Shown here: positions 10,923 through 23,700 of the stretch, in pieces | How positions within the stretch are numbered: the first letter of the stretch is position 1 | Layout of the letters: the number at the start of each line of letters is the position of its first letter | NCBI GenBank assembly: GCA_002633005.1 | Contig: NMRA01000357.1 | Coordinates: forward strand, 386,341-450,340 | DNA length: 64,000 nt | Direction of reading: 5' to 3' | From: Phoronis australis | Lineage: Eukaryota; Animalia; Phoronida | Program-made: the position numbers and the translations under genes | The notes under the pieces: generated by a model | Seen by the model: only the letters and a program-made list of their open reading frames with translations | Databases searched by the model: none | What the model was told of the DNA's origin: nothing

Positions 10923-13900
10923 AACTCATTACTAATTCAGATTTAGAAGTTTTTATTTAGAAATTTTTATAATGTTATGGCGAAATTCAAAAGGGTGCTA
11001 CCTCCTAACCCCTGGCCCCCGTCGTAGCAAATGACTTTTACCAGAAAAACGAATAATTTGGCATTCATTGAACGGCTGGCCATCGGTGTCCAATTTTGTA
11101 ACATTCTGGTGTATTTCACTTGCCAATGCCTATAGTGGTTTAAGTCATAAAGAATATCACTTTCTATCACTTAATGGCTTGAGCTTGCTTGAGTCATAGT
11201 TTGTGTAGACCCTGGTGTGATCGTTTACCTCAGACTCAGGCTCAGGCTCAGCTTCTACATTTGACCAATAATGTCGCGTGATCTTGGTGCATTACCTGAA
11301 CTCTGCCATACATGGGATAATTATGACTGGTGTTTAGAGCCCTAGTCAATAATTGGAAAGTAAGGGGGGCACGTCTCATTAACTTGGTATTCTATTTATT
11401 CACTGGAACGTACTCTGTCAACTAGGCGTTACTGCCCTGTCTTCGTGATCTTATGCAACAGATTGAACGTGCGACTGACATTGTAAAGATTTCCCATACA
11501 ACGGTTTGGATTATAATACAAGAATTGATTTACACATAGATTATAGACAACAGATTATCAACTCTGAAATTTTCTTGCGTACTGTCCTAGAGGAGCCGCC
11601 ACTCTCCTAATGTTTTTATTTCCGTTTCCGGTTAGTGTATTGTGACGACTCAACACCGACTATGATTAGCAGACGACGCAAGTGTCAGAAATAAAACCAG
11701 ATAATTTGGCCAGGTGCCGGTAGTGAAACATGACGTCATTGCTCCTGTTATACCACAGATTTTGTCCATTGAAAGTATACGGAGTTGACCGTCCATGTAC
11801 TATAGCCTATGTTTGATCCCAATCTGTTGACTAACTGCATCTGATGCGTCTAGACCATGGGTGGATCAGCACTGAAAAAAGTGGTTGCTATAGACCCCTC
11901 CCCCCTGCTAGCCTGTCCATGTAGACGTAAATGGTTGCATAGTAGAGATGTTTGAGAAATACCTGTACTGTGTAGACACCCATCTGGGAAGTAAACCTCC
12001 CTCGATTTAGATGCTTGATTACCAAACTTTGTATTAAAACAAGGTGCCACGCATGTCTACCCGAGAGTGAAACACTGCGACATCTGCAACGTTGGTCATA
12101 TTAGAGACGAGCTTCATTTGACTCCTGTTTGATGTTTGCCGAAGTTTGATGACAAAAATGTTAGACAATGCAAGAATACTTAGTTAAAATTTCAGTCACA
12201 GTCCTTGAGACATAAGAGGCGTAGAGATCTATAATTTAAAGTTACATTGTAAAGAGCTGAGCTTACATCATTGTGAAGTTACATTGTAAATTGTATTATT
12301 GTCTTCATGCAATAAACATGTCTGATCCTTATTCTAAAGTTGTTTTATTAGGCAATAAGATGGACTGAAAAAGGTACACAATTTTTTTCACATCTTTTTA
12401 CGCACCTGGTGTTGCCATGCTGAGCTATCAGCCTGGGGCCTGTTCCAAGAAACTGACTTAAGTTCATTTTTGACTCAAGTCTGATATTTTTCTTGACTTT
12501 CAAACTTGGAACCTTACGGTAAGAAAACTAGGACAAAACTCATACCAAAAACGTTATCCAAACTAAAGATTTCTTTCTTGAAACGGTCTCAGACAAATTA
12601 AATTTTAATCTTAAAATTTACAAAAACTTAAGGTTTGTCTTAGCTAAGGTTCGTTATAGCGAGCCCAGAACAACTTAACAAGTAAGTTTGAGACTCTCTT
12701 GACACACATAACATTCACGTCATATGTGGCCCAATCTTTGAAAACTAGTTTGGTCCGAGATTTGGGTGGAACCCTTTGTTTTGATTCTTAAATACAGTGA
12801 ATTAGTTTTTTCGCATTACACGCGATAATACGATGGCTTGCCTGCAGGCCATTCATTGCTAACCAGAAGAGTAACTGACACAAACTTAAATTATTCCCGT
12901 CCGAAAATCGCAATTTCGGCCTAACTTAATTCAGTCACGCTGGGTGGAATTCCAACAAAATATATCTTTTGTCATTGGTTTCCTGTAATCGCCAGTTTAT
13001 CAGTGAGCAGATATTTAAGCAATGGAAGTTGCTTTATGCTAAGTAACCTGGACAGAACCAGTAACTTTTTATCCCACGATATGACGCCCGCAGCCAGGTA
13101 AAAGCCATTGGAGTTGACGATATTCTAAAACTTGTCACGTTTTGTATTCATTTGCAACCCGTTTGCTTCATTCCATTATTGTGGGGCCTTAAAATGGCCC
13201 CAATGAATGTGTAAACGCACTTTCATGCAGATCATATGGACAACACGGCACAAAACATTTGTTCGTTACACTGTAGAAGAGAGTGCACATGAATTCTGAA
13301 GAGCTGGCTATTATTAAGTTTGTCTAATCAATACACTTCATTGAAAAAAATGGCTGGTAATCAAAGTATCTATGAGATCTGTTATTACCTTGAAAAATGT
13401 ACTTCGTGAGTAGAACTCAAATAGATATATCTAAGCACTATGATTTATTTTTCACCTCCAGTATAGATTTCAGGAACCATCGAGATAGGAGAACAATTTT
13501 GTGGCGATTAAAATGTCCGTAATATGAACAGCCGCAAACTGTCCTGACAGAATGTGTGGCTGAACCTGACGAAGCCACGGTAGTGTGGACCAAGCCATTG
13601 CAATGTTGCTACGTTAGGTACACACTGTGCCATCCCAATAGTAATGTCACAATTGACCAACCGCCTGCATTTTGAGTGACGGCTTAACTGACAATTTAGA
13701 ACGAAGTATTATTGACACACCTTCGTTTCCAAGCCGCCATTTTACCCGACAAACAATACGTTGCCGGGTAGAACTTATTATTTGTTAGTCGACATTACGT
13801 AAGAGGACGGAGCTTGCGATAGGTCAATTGACTCGAATCTCAATGGATGCCGCTAAAGTTGGTTTGCTCTTCAACCAATCTAGAACCAGAGCCACTTGTG

Positions 13901-14510
13901 CTGTCGCGATGGTCGAGCTTTGGAATGCACTTCAGATTCAATTTCGCCGTGGACTTGCAAGTTGTACGTTCATTTTCGTGACCCATGGCTTCTACCTGCG
14001 GTCAACCAAGGCATTGTGGTAACGTAGTGTAAGATGTAGCTTCCGAAAATGTACAACTGTTGCACAATCGCAGAAATGACACTCGCATTACATCAAGGGC
14101 TATTTCACTGATTTTCTTACACCCTTTCCTAGTGGAACAAGCGGTATCATAGGAAATAGATCTTGTATCATGATTTCACGTTGGTTACTGGAGCGGAGTA
14201 ACTTTTGGACAATCTGCGTGATTGGGCAATAACATTCAAACATTCCGTTCCGGTTGGCTGATGATGGAAAACGGAGTGGTATTCTGCTTCGTATATTGAT
14301 AAATGCCTCGTAGTTACTGTAGCTACAAGAACAAACCAATGTATGTTCACTAAAAGTCGTGATTTTGACTCACGTCATTTTAATAGGCGTCAAAAAACAG
14401 TCCCTCCACATACCACACGTTTGTGCCAATATGATGAAGCCAGGACACAGGATGTAGCTTCTGAACTCAGACTTGACACAGTCTCCACCTAGAAACTTGA
14501 CGCTATACAA

Positions 14511-14758
14511 CAGGGCCGGATCCAGGATTTTGAGTTAGAGGAGGGGGACAGGTCACAGGAATAACCTGAATTTCGGCACATGCGCGCGCCCAGCCTAAAA
14601 TGTAGCTATGCAAGGGTCTCGAATTTTTGGGTTTGTTGACCTTATTACTAAAAAAACGGTAAACGGGCATTGTTCGAGGTCAATGCATTGCACTACCAGA
14701 TGGTATGTAGGAGAATTTTAGGGGGTCAAGGCCCCCTTGCCCCCCAAATCCGCCACTG
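14511..14758 (+). mobile_element. hAT-like MITE copy
   Basis: Starts CAGGGCCGGATCCAGGATTTTGAGTTAG and ends CCCCAAATCCGCCACTG. A related copy in opposite orientation lies at 15342-15500. Confidence 0.55.
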
Positions 14759-15341
14759 CAGAGTTAGAAAACAAAATTTTAAGTTAACTCAAAACGAGAC
14801 AAGTAACTGGTCAATGCCCGAGTCTACAACAGGAAGTAGACTCTGGGCCCGGGTCCCATAAAGTGGACTCGCCTAACAACCGTGTCGGTTTCAAAACGAT
14901 TCCTCTTACGCTGGCACTCAATTGAGCCACGGTTGAATTTACCTCCACCAAAATTTCATTAAAGATTGGTGTCTACTGGTTTGGCTGGATATTTGTAGTA
15001 TCGTCTTCTATCTGAAGGCTGTGAATGTCATTTAGTTGATTTTTAAGTCTGTTCTGCGTGAAGGATTGACAATTGTTGACCACTTGACTCACTGATTGCC
15101 CTGCTGTGATTTTTCTGAAACCTTCCACCGCTTGCGAACATGAAATTTAGTTACCTTTCAAACACTTTAGGTTTTGGAAACAATTGGCTGGTCGGCCTCC
15201 ACTTTTCACCTGATTTCTGTAATATGGAGAATTTTGGCAATCTGATGTCGTTGTCTCTCATTTCGTAGTAATGGCTTGCGAATGATGTCTTTGGGGTGAA
15301 TTTAAGGTCGTTTTCATGTAGCCGGCTGCCCTTTTGGTAGT

Positions 15342-15500
15342 CAGTGGCAGATTTAAGGGGGACCAACGGGTCCTGGCCCTCACTAAAGCTATCCCAGATC
15401 CCATTTGGCATTTCGGGGGAGCGAATGTGTGACAGACAAAATACTGGCTAATATTATGTCCTGGCACCACTCCCGCTAACTCAAAATCCTGGATCCTCCC
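15342..15500 (-). mobile_element. hAT-like MITE copy (inverted relative to 14511-14758)
   Basis: CAGTGGCAGATTTAAGGGGG...CTAACTCAAAATCCTGGATCC is the reverse complement of the ends of the 14511 copy. Confidence 0.55.
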
Positions 15501-17946
15501 TTAGTATTCGCCAATTATCAGTGGGAAAGTGGACTTTGAAGTCATTTTCAATAGACTATTTGCAAGGTTCCTAAAGTCTTTGTTCCAGTATACTGTTCAT
15601 ATATCCCGGTCATTGCACTGCGGACCAGAGTGCTGTAGCTTCCAAAACCTGGGTGGTTTTCAAGCCCAAAATCAGCAAAAAGTGTTGAGTGTCACCTATG
15701 CCTCCACTGTCTTAAAGCATGTATTTCATTTTTAAACTTGAACTAACGACCTCCAATTTTCTTATGAATCCATCCGGCCAAATCCGGATGCTGTAGAATT
15801 CTTGAAGACTTTACTTCCTCTGGCCACTTTAAGACTGGTCTGTAACTACTTGATAGCACAGTGTAATAGTCGAGTAGCCACTCCGATGACATGGGAGCCT
15901 GTCGTGATTATATACATGTATATCTAAGACCATTGTGCAAAAGCTAGAAGCATACTATGTAATAATTCCAGAAGCAGTTTGGATGCGATGATACTAAAGT
16001 AAAATTACTCACATCACTTACATCACTACACTGGGTCACTTCGTTCACACAGTAGCAAGTATCGTTCGTTATGTTTTAACTTAGTGATCGAAGTACCACA
16101 AACAATCTAGACCCGGGGGCACGTCTTTTACTACAAATTGAACTCGAAATATGTTTGACATACATGCATTCTATTCTACTTTTGTGTGAACTCAACATCA
16201 GTGGCTGTTGGTCTGTGTCGAGTTAATACATGTACAAACACGTTTGCTGTCCGAGTTTGAAGTGTACTTGAACACTCCCATACTTAAACTACGAAACTGA
16301 GATCTCGAATTATGATTATAAAGTTACATGTATCTACGAAGGCCATCGTGACTTGGTTGTGCATCCACTGTAGATACATGTACCTGGAACTCATACTGAA
16401 TTTGCATAAAAGTGGAACAGATAATTCCAAAAAGAATTTCGAGTTAAGCAATAGTGGGATGTAACGTGTCCGTATTTTTATAACCAGTTTGATGCCCGTT
16501 ATTCAGCGGATAAAACTGGTTCTCAAAAATCGGCACGTTATATCAGACCAGTGGCCGAGTTCGATTTTAAGTAAAAGGATTAGACGTAGGTCATAGTTGT
16601 GAAATGAAGAAATTTGATTTTTGGTTCGCCACGGTATTGACTTAGCAAACCCCTTCGTTCTTATTTACCTTATACATGTACATGTATGTGTACTTCGATG
16701 TGAAATATCCCTGAACCCCAAGCAGCGCTCATTTCCGTTAATGCACAAAACCTTAAATTCAGTCACCTTACACTGAACCGAGTTTTAGTCTCTTTTCTCG
16801 AACAATGCTGTATCAGAGTTGCACTGACCACTGTTCAGAGAAAATGCTTCAAAGTCATTAGGAACTCAAAATATTTTAAGCTTTTGACCAAGTTATACAT
16901 GTAATTTCTCAGCTAATATTTTGATGAAGTGGAATAACTTATGCATGAAGAAATGTGTTCAAGCTTTTGGCCATAATTCTTTTTGTACATCTATATGGGA
17001 TCCCTTTCATGAAACCTGTCTGTCTTAACTTCGGCTGCCTTAAGACCAATTTGCCCTGGTCCCGTATCATGATCATTCTTGAGGGCAAAATTAAGACAGA
17101 AAACGGTCTAGATTAGGTCCGAAACCAGCGTGCCAAGGATAAGAGTTAAGATTGAACTGTTGATGCAAATAAAAATATGGCATTATTATTGCTGTTAATT
17201 GCTGAGGAGGATTTGTTGTTGATATTCTTCAAAATCTGGTGTCCCTGAGCAACGTCAAATTGAAGATTGTGTGGCTTCGATTCCAGAACTGGCAAACGCC
17301 TTAGAGAAAATGCAACGCAACTAACCGGCACAAGTGGTATATTTTTCAGCCATATAAGGGTGCCCTTAAGCAAACAAGATCCCAATTTTAGGAAGAATGA
17401 AACTAAAGCCCATCTGAAATTCTAAGACCAGATTTATTCTTGAAACCGTATTTCACACACCTCCTCATTAGTTTTGCTAATTTGCAATAGGTGGAGAGAG
17501 AGTATTTTGTTTGCTCACCTACTGTATGTCAGACACGGATTCACATTTGCATTATACAGCGACGACTGAACTACACGCTCAGGTTCTCAAAAGAACTGCA
17601 TGGCCTTCAATGTGAAAGAACTAAACGGAGCAACAAAAAATCTCTAAGAATCAAAATTTAATAAGAAAATCATCTAAACCATCCAAAATGGAATCGCTTA
17701 TCCATTATGATTAATACAATAAAATCCTTCAGTTGACATTGTAATACTTTCTAATTTTTTAAAAAAAGTTTTTACTACAAGCAAATACGTGTCGTGAAGT
17801 GGGAAGCAGACGGATTTTAAAGAAAAAAACAGGGCACTCGATTGAACGACGGGTCACAGCCAGGTCGAGTTTGCAAGGTATCGCCAACATCTCTTTTTTT
17901 AATATCCTACGGCACTTGAAAATGATTTATATCCCAGTGGCGACAG

Positions 17947-17953
17947 TATAAAA
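17947..17953 (+). promoter_or_regulatory. TATA box of gene 2
   Basis: TATAAAA 75 nt upstream of the signal-peptide ATG at 18022. Confidence 0.55.
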
Positions 17954-18021
17954 CATTCGGCGTTGAACAGTTTTTCATCCTTGTTTTTGTGCTGTTGTGC
18001 CGAGCTGTGCAGCGCATAGTC

Positions 18022-20739
18022 ATGGATTCCGTGCTTGTTGCCATTGTTTGGGCGTTGATCATTCACTGTGTCGGATCAATGCCAGTAAAGAGCCCATCAT
18101 GTGTTGTCGATGAATCAGTTTTTCAGCTGGAATTCGAAAGGGAGAAGGTATAGTTTATTATTGTTGGAATCATGGATGGTTCTTTGATAACATTGTTACG
18201 AAAAGACTTTTGTTGAAGGCCAGTGTTCCGTGCCAGTACCATTAGAGAATTTCTTAGAAACAGTTCTTTCTTTGAAGGTTTGCCTAAATGTTCATTGTGC
18301 TGGGTATGACGAGGAATTTGTAATTTCTTGAACTCAATTTGTTCAATAATGAAAAGACCAATACAAGTTTATGATAACTTTGGCTCTTGACCATCTATTA
18401 ACACTGCGAACGTAAGCATTTTTGAATTAGGTAAAAGTTTATTCTCACTTTTTGCGTTGTCCCAATTAATAAGGAGCACGACAATATTTTACAACGTTTC
18501 AGAATCCGAATTGCTTGTATATTCACAAGCATTTTGAGACAAAAGTCAAGTAGTAGATTAATTCCATTCGTTGTAAAATTGGCCTGCTCGTTTTCTTACA
18601 GTTCATAAAATTCTCTAATGAGTCTGTTCCGGATTAACACTAGGAACTCCTTGCCTTGAAAATTTACAGTACAGTGTTATCATTCGATCATAGCGAGACA
18701 AATTAGTTTACGCTTTGCACGTACATCAACCAAAATTTAGAACCCCATACATAAGGGAAAACTTAGTTAATACTGCTCTTCATTAAATTATTGCCATGTA
18801 GTCCCATTGCTGCCCTGATGAACAACTCAGCCACGTGCAATCAATTACCCTTTTATTACAGAAGGTTAAATAAGAAATTGCATTTCCCCTCATGTTGGTT
18901 ATGTTGTTCGTACGTTATTGAATTTTATTTGGTCTTAAGTTACGCAATACTTTGGTCTGCCCTAACTCACTCATCAGTTGGCGCCAAGTAAAGTACCTGA
19001 CATAGTGATTTCTTAACATGTGTCTCTGTTTGTTTTTTTACCACTTGACGAGAACAAAATCGATTGTTGCTCCAATGCGTTTTTCCAGATCAATGGCAGA
19101 TGGTTCATCGACCATGGGGCGAACATGACTAGTGCGGGGAAGTGGAGAGCGGAGTCCTTCGTTCTTGACGCCAACGGAACGGTTCATTTCTTCAACCGTG
19201 AAGGACACCTGTAATTTAACTTCTTATCGTTCTTTAACATTTCCACGTGATTATGCAAAATATCCGAGACTAACTTCGGGCGTTTTGACAAGTTTAAATT
19301 GATCAAACATTTATAAATCAAAGTAAGCAATAGACCAGTGATACATTTGCGTGACGGTCTATACCGCCCATGTTTATCGAATATTCAAACTATAGTCATT
19401 TTATTGGGCCACAAGATGTCTGTGTGTATTTTATCACATGCCTTTACAGCAGGACTATGCGCTTGTACATTTACAAACGAAACAATAGATTTTCACAGCT
19501 GCATTTTGCCCTGTTTAGCTAGCTGTAGAACAAGAATAGAATTAGGCTTTCTCACATATTCTTCTTCATCGTGATAGGATTATATTTCCGTTACCAAAAA
19601 CTACATCGAAACATCCGAATTCAAAAATGTCGCATCTACACATTGTCTGTGACTTGATTTACCAGCTCATTCGAAAACAACGCAACAACGGAGGAGCGCG
19701 GTGACGTTTTTCAACGCCAAGCGGTTTGGTTATGAACTAAACATTGTCAGCTAAATAGCTGTGAAATGCAGCATTTCTCTCAAGTATTTGCCCGCATCTT
19801 TGCATGTGTCTCGTCATTTGTTAGAATTTTTCAGTTCAAATGATAACTTTAATTTTAGTACACTTCAAATGTTCCACTTTACAACGAACAAGTTAAGCCT
19901 TGCTCCCATGTGTTTATGTTTTTTCCTGGGTTTCTCTGCATGTTTCGAACAGAGGGCCAATCACGTAATTCAGGATGTAGGATTTACGTTCATGTATAGG
20001 GGCACATGCTTAAATATGCACTTATTTATTTACAGTATACGGAATTTTCTCCTCACTATCTTTTATGGTATCTAATTATGAGTCTTTTTAATTTAGTTAA
20101 GTCGCATTTCGCTAGTATTACGTGCGAGACAAATCGATTTGCTTTACAGTGACGTAGAAGGGACTTTGGATCATCATAACGACAGACCGCCGTCCGAGTT
20201 CGTCTACCACGATGATACACATTCAAGTACGCTCTTACTATAAAAAGAATTGAATTAAAATGCCAACTTATTGTTGTTCTTAATTTAAAATTATGTACGG
20301 CAGGAAGAACTACTTTTTATACGCGTGATGAATTGTTCAGTGTATCCTGTTTCAAAGCCGCAGTAAGTGACTGTCGGACATACTGTAGATGGGAATATAA
20401 TTCAATTAGTTGGGATCGAATTTCTATTCTCAGCCTGGTCATATACATTTATCCGTCCTGCAGTCCAAGTCACCCACCAGCTGAAGGATCACAAAAATCC
20501 ACATAATTATACTGAATATAATTGCTAAAAATGCGTTACCGTTTCAGCCGTAATCCGCGTAGTTGTCACGGACTATAACACCGCCATAATTTACGAAAAG
20601 CTCATCTCAGAGACTGACGACTTGGGCACTGTCGGCGACTCGCAGATTTATTATCTGAGCAGGAGGCGACATCTTACGGATGAACAAAGGCGCAAACTGT
20701 ATGACAACGATTTACAAACGGCCTTATGTCTTCACCAAG
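18022..20739 (+). CDS. Gene 2 signal peptide + lipocalin domain 1
   Basis: Exons 18022-18147, 19089-19210 (INGRWF..GKWRAE), 20150-20226 (..YHDDTHS), 20548-20739 (VVTDYNTAIIYE..YYLSR..LCLHQ). Confidence 0.88.
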
Positions 20740-23700
20740 GTATCCATTGGACTAATTTAGCCACGTGCGCATAATAGTTTAAAGCAAGACCATTTACACT
20801 GAAGTTCAGCGCCTACACAAATCAATATTTGAATAAGAGCGAGGTGCTGCCGCAAAAATTCTGCTCATGGGATCAAAACCGACACCCTATACTCTGGCGT
20901 ATCGTAAGTTCATACTTTTCAAAAAATACGACTCTGGTGGTGCGACCTGCGTTCATATTAGACCCTTCGAAAAACAGCCCCCATGGTTGCACATTACTGT
21001 ATGGATATAGAAAATGTGAATCTTTGAATATTTCAGCTTTCTGTTAGAACCATAAGTGAGTCCAGCAAAATCTTTAACAAGAGAAAGTAGTAAGCAGACG
21101 TGATAGTTGTGAAAGCACTGTGGTAAGATAAATATATTTGGGGCCAGTTTTACTGAAAATATGCAGCACCGGGTTTGCACCAATTTGTTGTCGACCGTCT
21201 TTAATACAACTGCAATTCCGACCAATGGTAAAACTGGCCCCATGCACATTGGCAGCATATTACATGGAATTTAAGACTGGCCTACTACATAACGCGTGAA
21301 TTAGTGATGTAATTTTTGTTTTCAGAAAAATCGTGCGATGTGCAGTCTTTTCCTGTCCAAGAAAATTTTGATATGACAAAGGTAATGCTTCAAACTTGAA
21401 AATTCGGGGGTTTACATGGATGAACCTAAGTAAATTACAGGTTCATACTAGAAAAATATGTCTTTAAATAGTATCGACAGACATGAAGCAAAAGGGCGAA
21501 AGCTTATGGCACACACTTTCGCTTAAAATTTTCAAAACATCAAGATTGGTTGTTGCCACCCTGTGAAGCGTACATGTACTTGCAGATAAATCTATCGAAA
21601 ACCAATCAGATGTCTTAGCCGGTTGACCCAGCGGAACCAGAAGTCAGCTAAGTGAACCAAATGTGAAGCACCGACCATTTCTCTAATCTTCCCCTCTGAC
21701 TCTGGAGATGCAAAAGGCTTAGATTCGCGTTTTTTGTGGTGATGGCTTTCACCTTTTTGTGGACGCTTTTGTTGTGGCCTGCGACAGAGATAAAAAAGGA
21801 CCCCCGCCACTAGACCTTTTGCAGATTTCCATAGCAGACAAATTGGAGAAAATCACCATCTTGTTACATGATCTCGCACATGATCCATAGCCCTCGAAGT
21901 GGAAAACCAGCATGAAATCTTACAAATCTTAGGCAAATTCCCTGCCTGTGCAGTAGCAGGTTAGCACCATGACACCACGAGATGTGAGGCAAAAGTGCAC
22001 CTTGTTTCTTATCTCTCCAAAGGTATATCTAAGACTCGGGTCCTTCAACGTAAGAGTTAAACAATGTTATTTGTGGAGGATGGCTTATCCAAAAACCCGG
22101 TGTCAAAGACATGAAGTCTCAGGTCACAGTTATTATTTGAGGACCGAGCAAGGTTATCCGCTCTCGCGTCCAACCGGACGCCAGCAAATCAAAAACATCT
22201 ACCTATCTTTTCAATGAACGTGAAATCTGATAATTTTATTACTTTAGATTACAGATGTTGGCAAGTGGTTCATAGTCCAGGAGGGAAATGTGACTGGGAA
22301 ATGGAGGGCTGATCACGTTGTTTTCACCCCTGATGAAAATGGAGAGATTCAGGTGTCATTCCACGATGGGGGAATAACAAACACAAAGCACGCTGTGAAA
22401 ATATCAAGAGACAAACATAGGTAGATACTGCATGAAGCTAAACAGAAACATGTGGACTTGTATTATCTATGCAAAGTGCGTCATCGATTTATCAAGTACA
22501 CAATTCATCAATTGCTTAAACGATGACTTGGTTTAAGACGGTTTCCGACTTTAACATGATACTAAACTATGTTTTGTTCAAGTTTACCCTCAACATATTG
22601 CCACTTGTTATTGTGCAATCTCTACGACACTTTTTCGTTGTGTCTTGCAGAGTGATCTCGCATGTCGTTCGAGGTAGTTGTTTTCAACAGCCCTCTATTC
22701 GTTTGGCCATATAAAGCAATAGCCAAGCTTGGACATTACATAGTCTGTATGCAGTTTCTATTGTCATCGAACCTTTTGAAAGTTTTTTATCGTACGTAAC
22801 AGAGCAGTGTTTTGTTTCAAAGGGTCAAATAATCGTACTAATCTTTCTAAAAACACTACAGTCTGCAAATCCAGTATTCCGAAGTGGTTCATGTCATGAA
22901 ATTAAATGTGCAAATGTGAGATGTGTGTATGTGCAATGATGTAGGGTGATAGTGAAGTACAACGTGCATGAGAGGCAATAATGTTTAACATGAGAGGAGG
23001 GCTCTCTGGAAGTGGCATCTACGTGTAGTGGTACTAATGGAGGGATACAAAATGGTATTGGGAATGGCGATGGTGTGATGGACAATTTTATAGAATATAG
23101 AAAGTTTGCAAAAGTAGCGGCGGATTTCGAGGGGTTTGCCAGTTTAATGATTCGGTCATTTCAGTGAGGAGGTATAGTGTTATCTATTGATGGTCAATCT
23201 TGCAACTTGTCGTTGCACCATTTCAATCCTACGAGTCAGTGCTTTTGTGTGAGGTGACCATACTCTTGAACAGTAACCTAGTTTTGGTCGGACTAGAACG
23301 GCATAAGCTATTTCCTTGAGTAGTGTAACGAATGTGTCTTCTACGACAGTCAATGTCTTTACTGGCCGAACCAGCGATTATAACAATAAGTGAATTCCAG
23401 AGGAGATTGTTGGAAATAGTAATGCCAACATTTTAAGCCTCAGACAGAGGTGACAGGTGTGGGCAATGGAGAAAATGGTCTTGGAGGATGGGTTTCTTTT
23501 CCGATGCACGTGACGCATATTTCACTTTGATGCATTGAACTACAAACCGAACACTGATTCTCAATCATCAAATTTGTTAAAAAACGGTTGGAGTGAGAAG
23601 CAGGGTCGTCTTGGGTCTGGATGAAGCGATAAAGTGTACAGTCTTCTGCAATGAGGGGATAATGTACATGTAAGATATCTTTTGAGGCAGGTCATTGATA

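Noticed and set aside
11000-17900. Possible additional gene in the intergenic region
   Set aside because: Only short ORFs without domain signatures and scattered repeat fragments. No consistent exon chain was found.
21969-22217. ORF containing LRLGSFNVR, resembling the N-terminal motif of a LINE APE endonuclease
   Set aside because: Only one short motif, with no further recognisable endonuclease sequence. At most a highly decayed relic.
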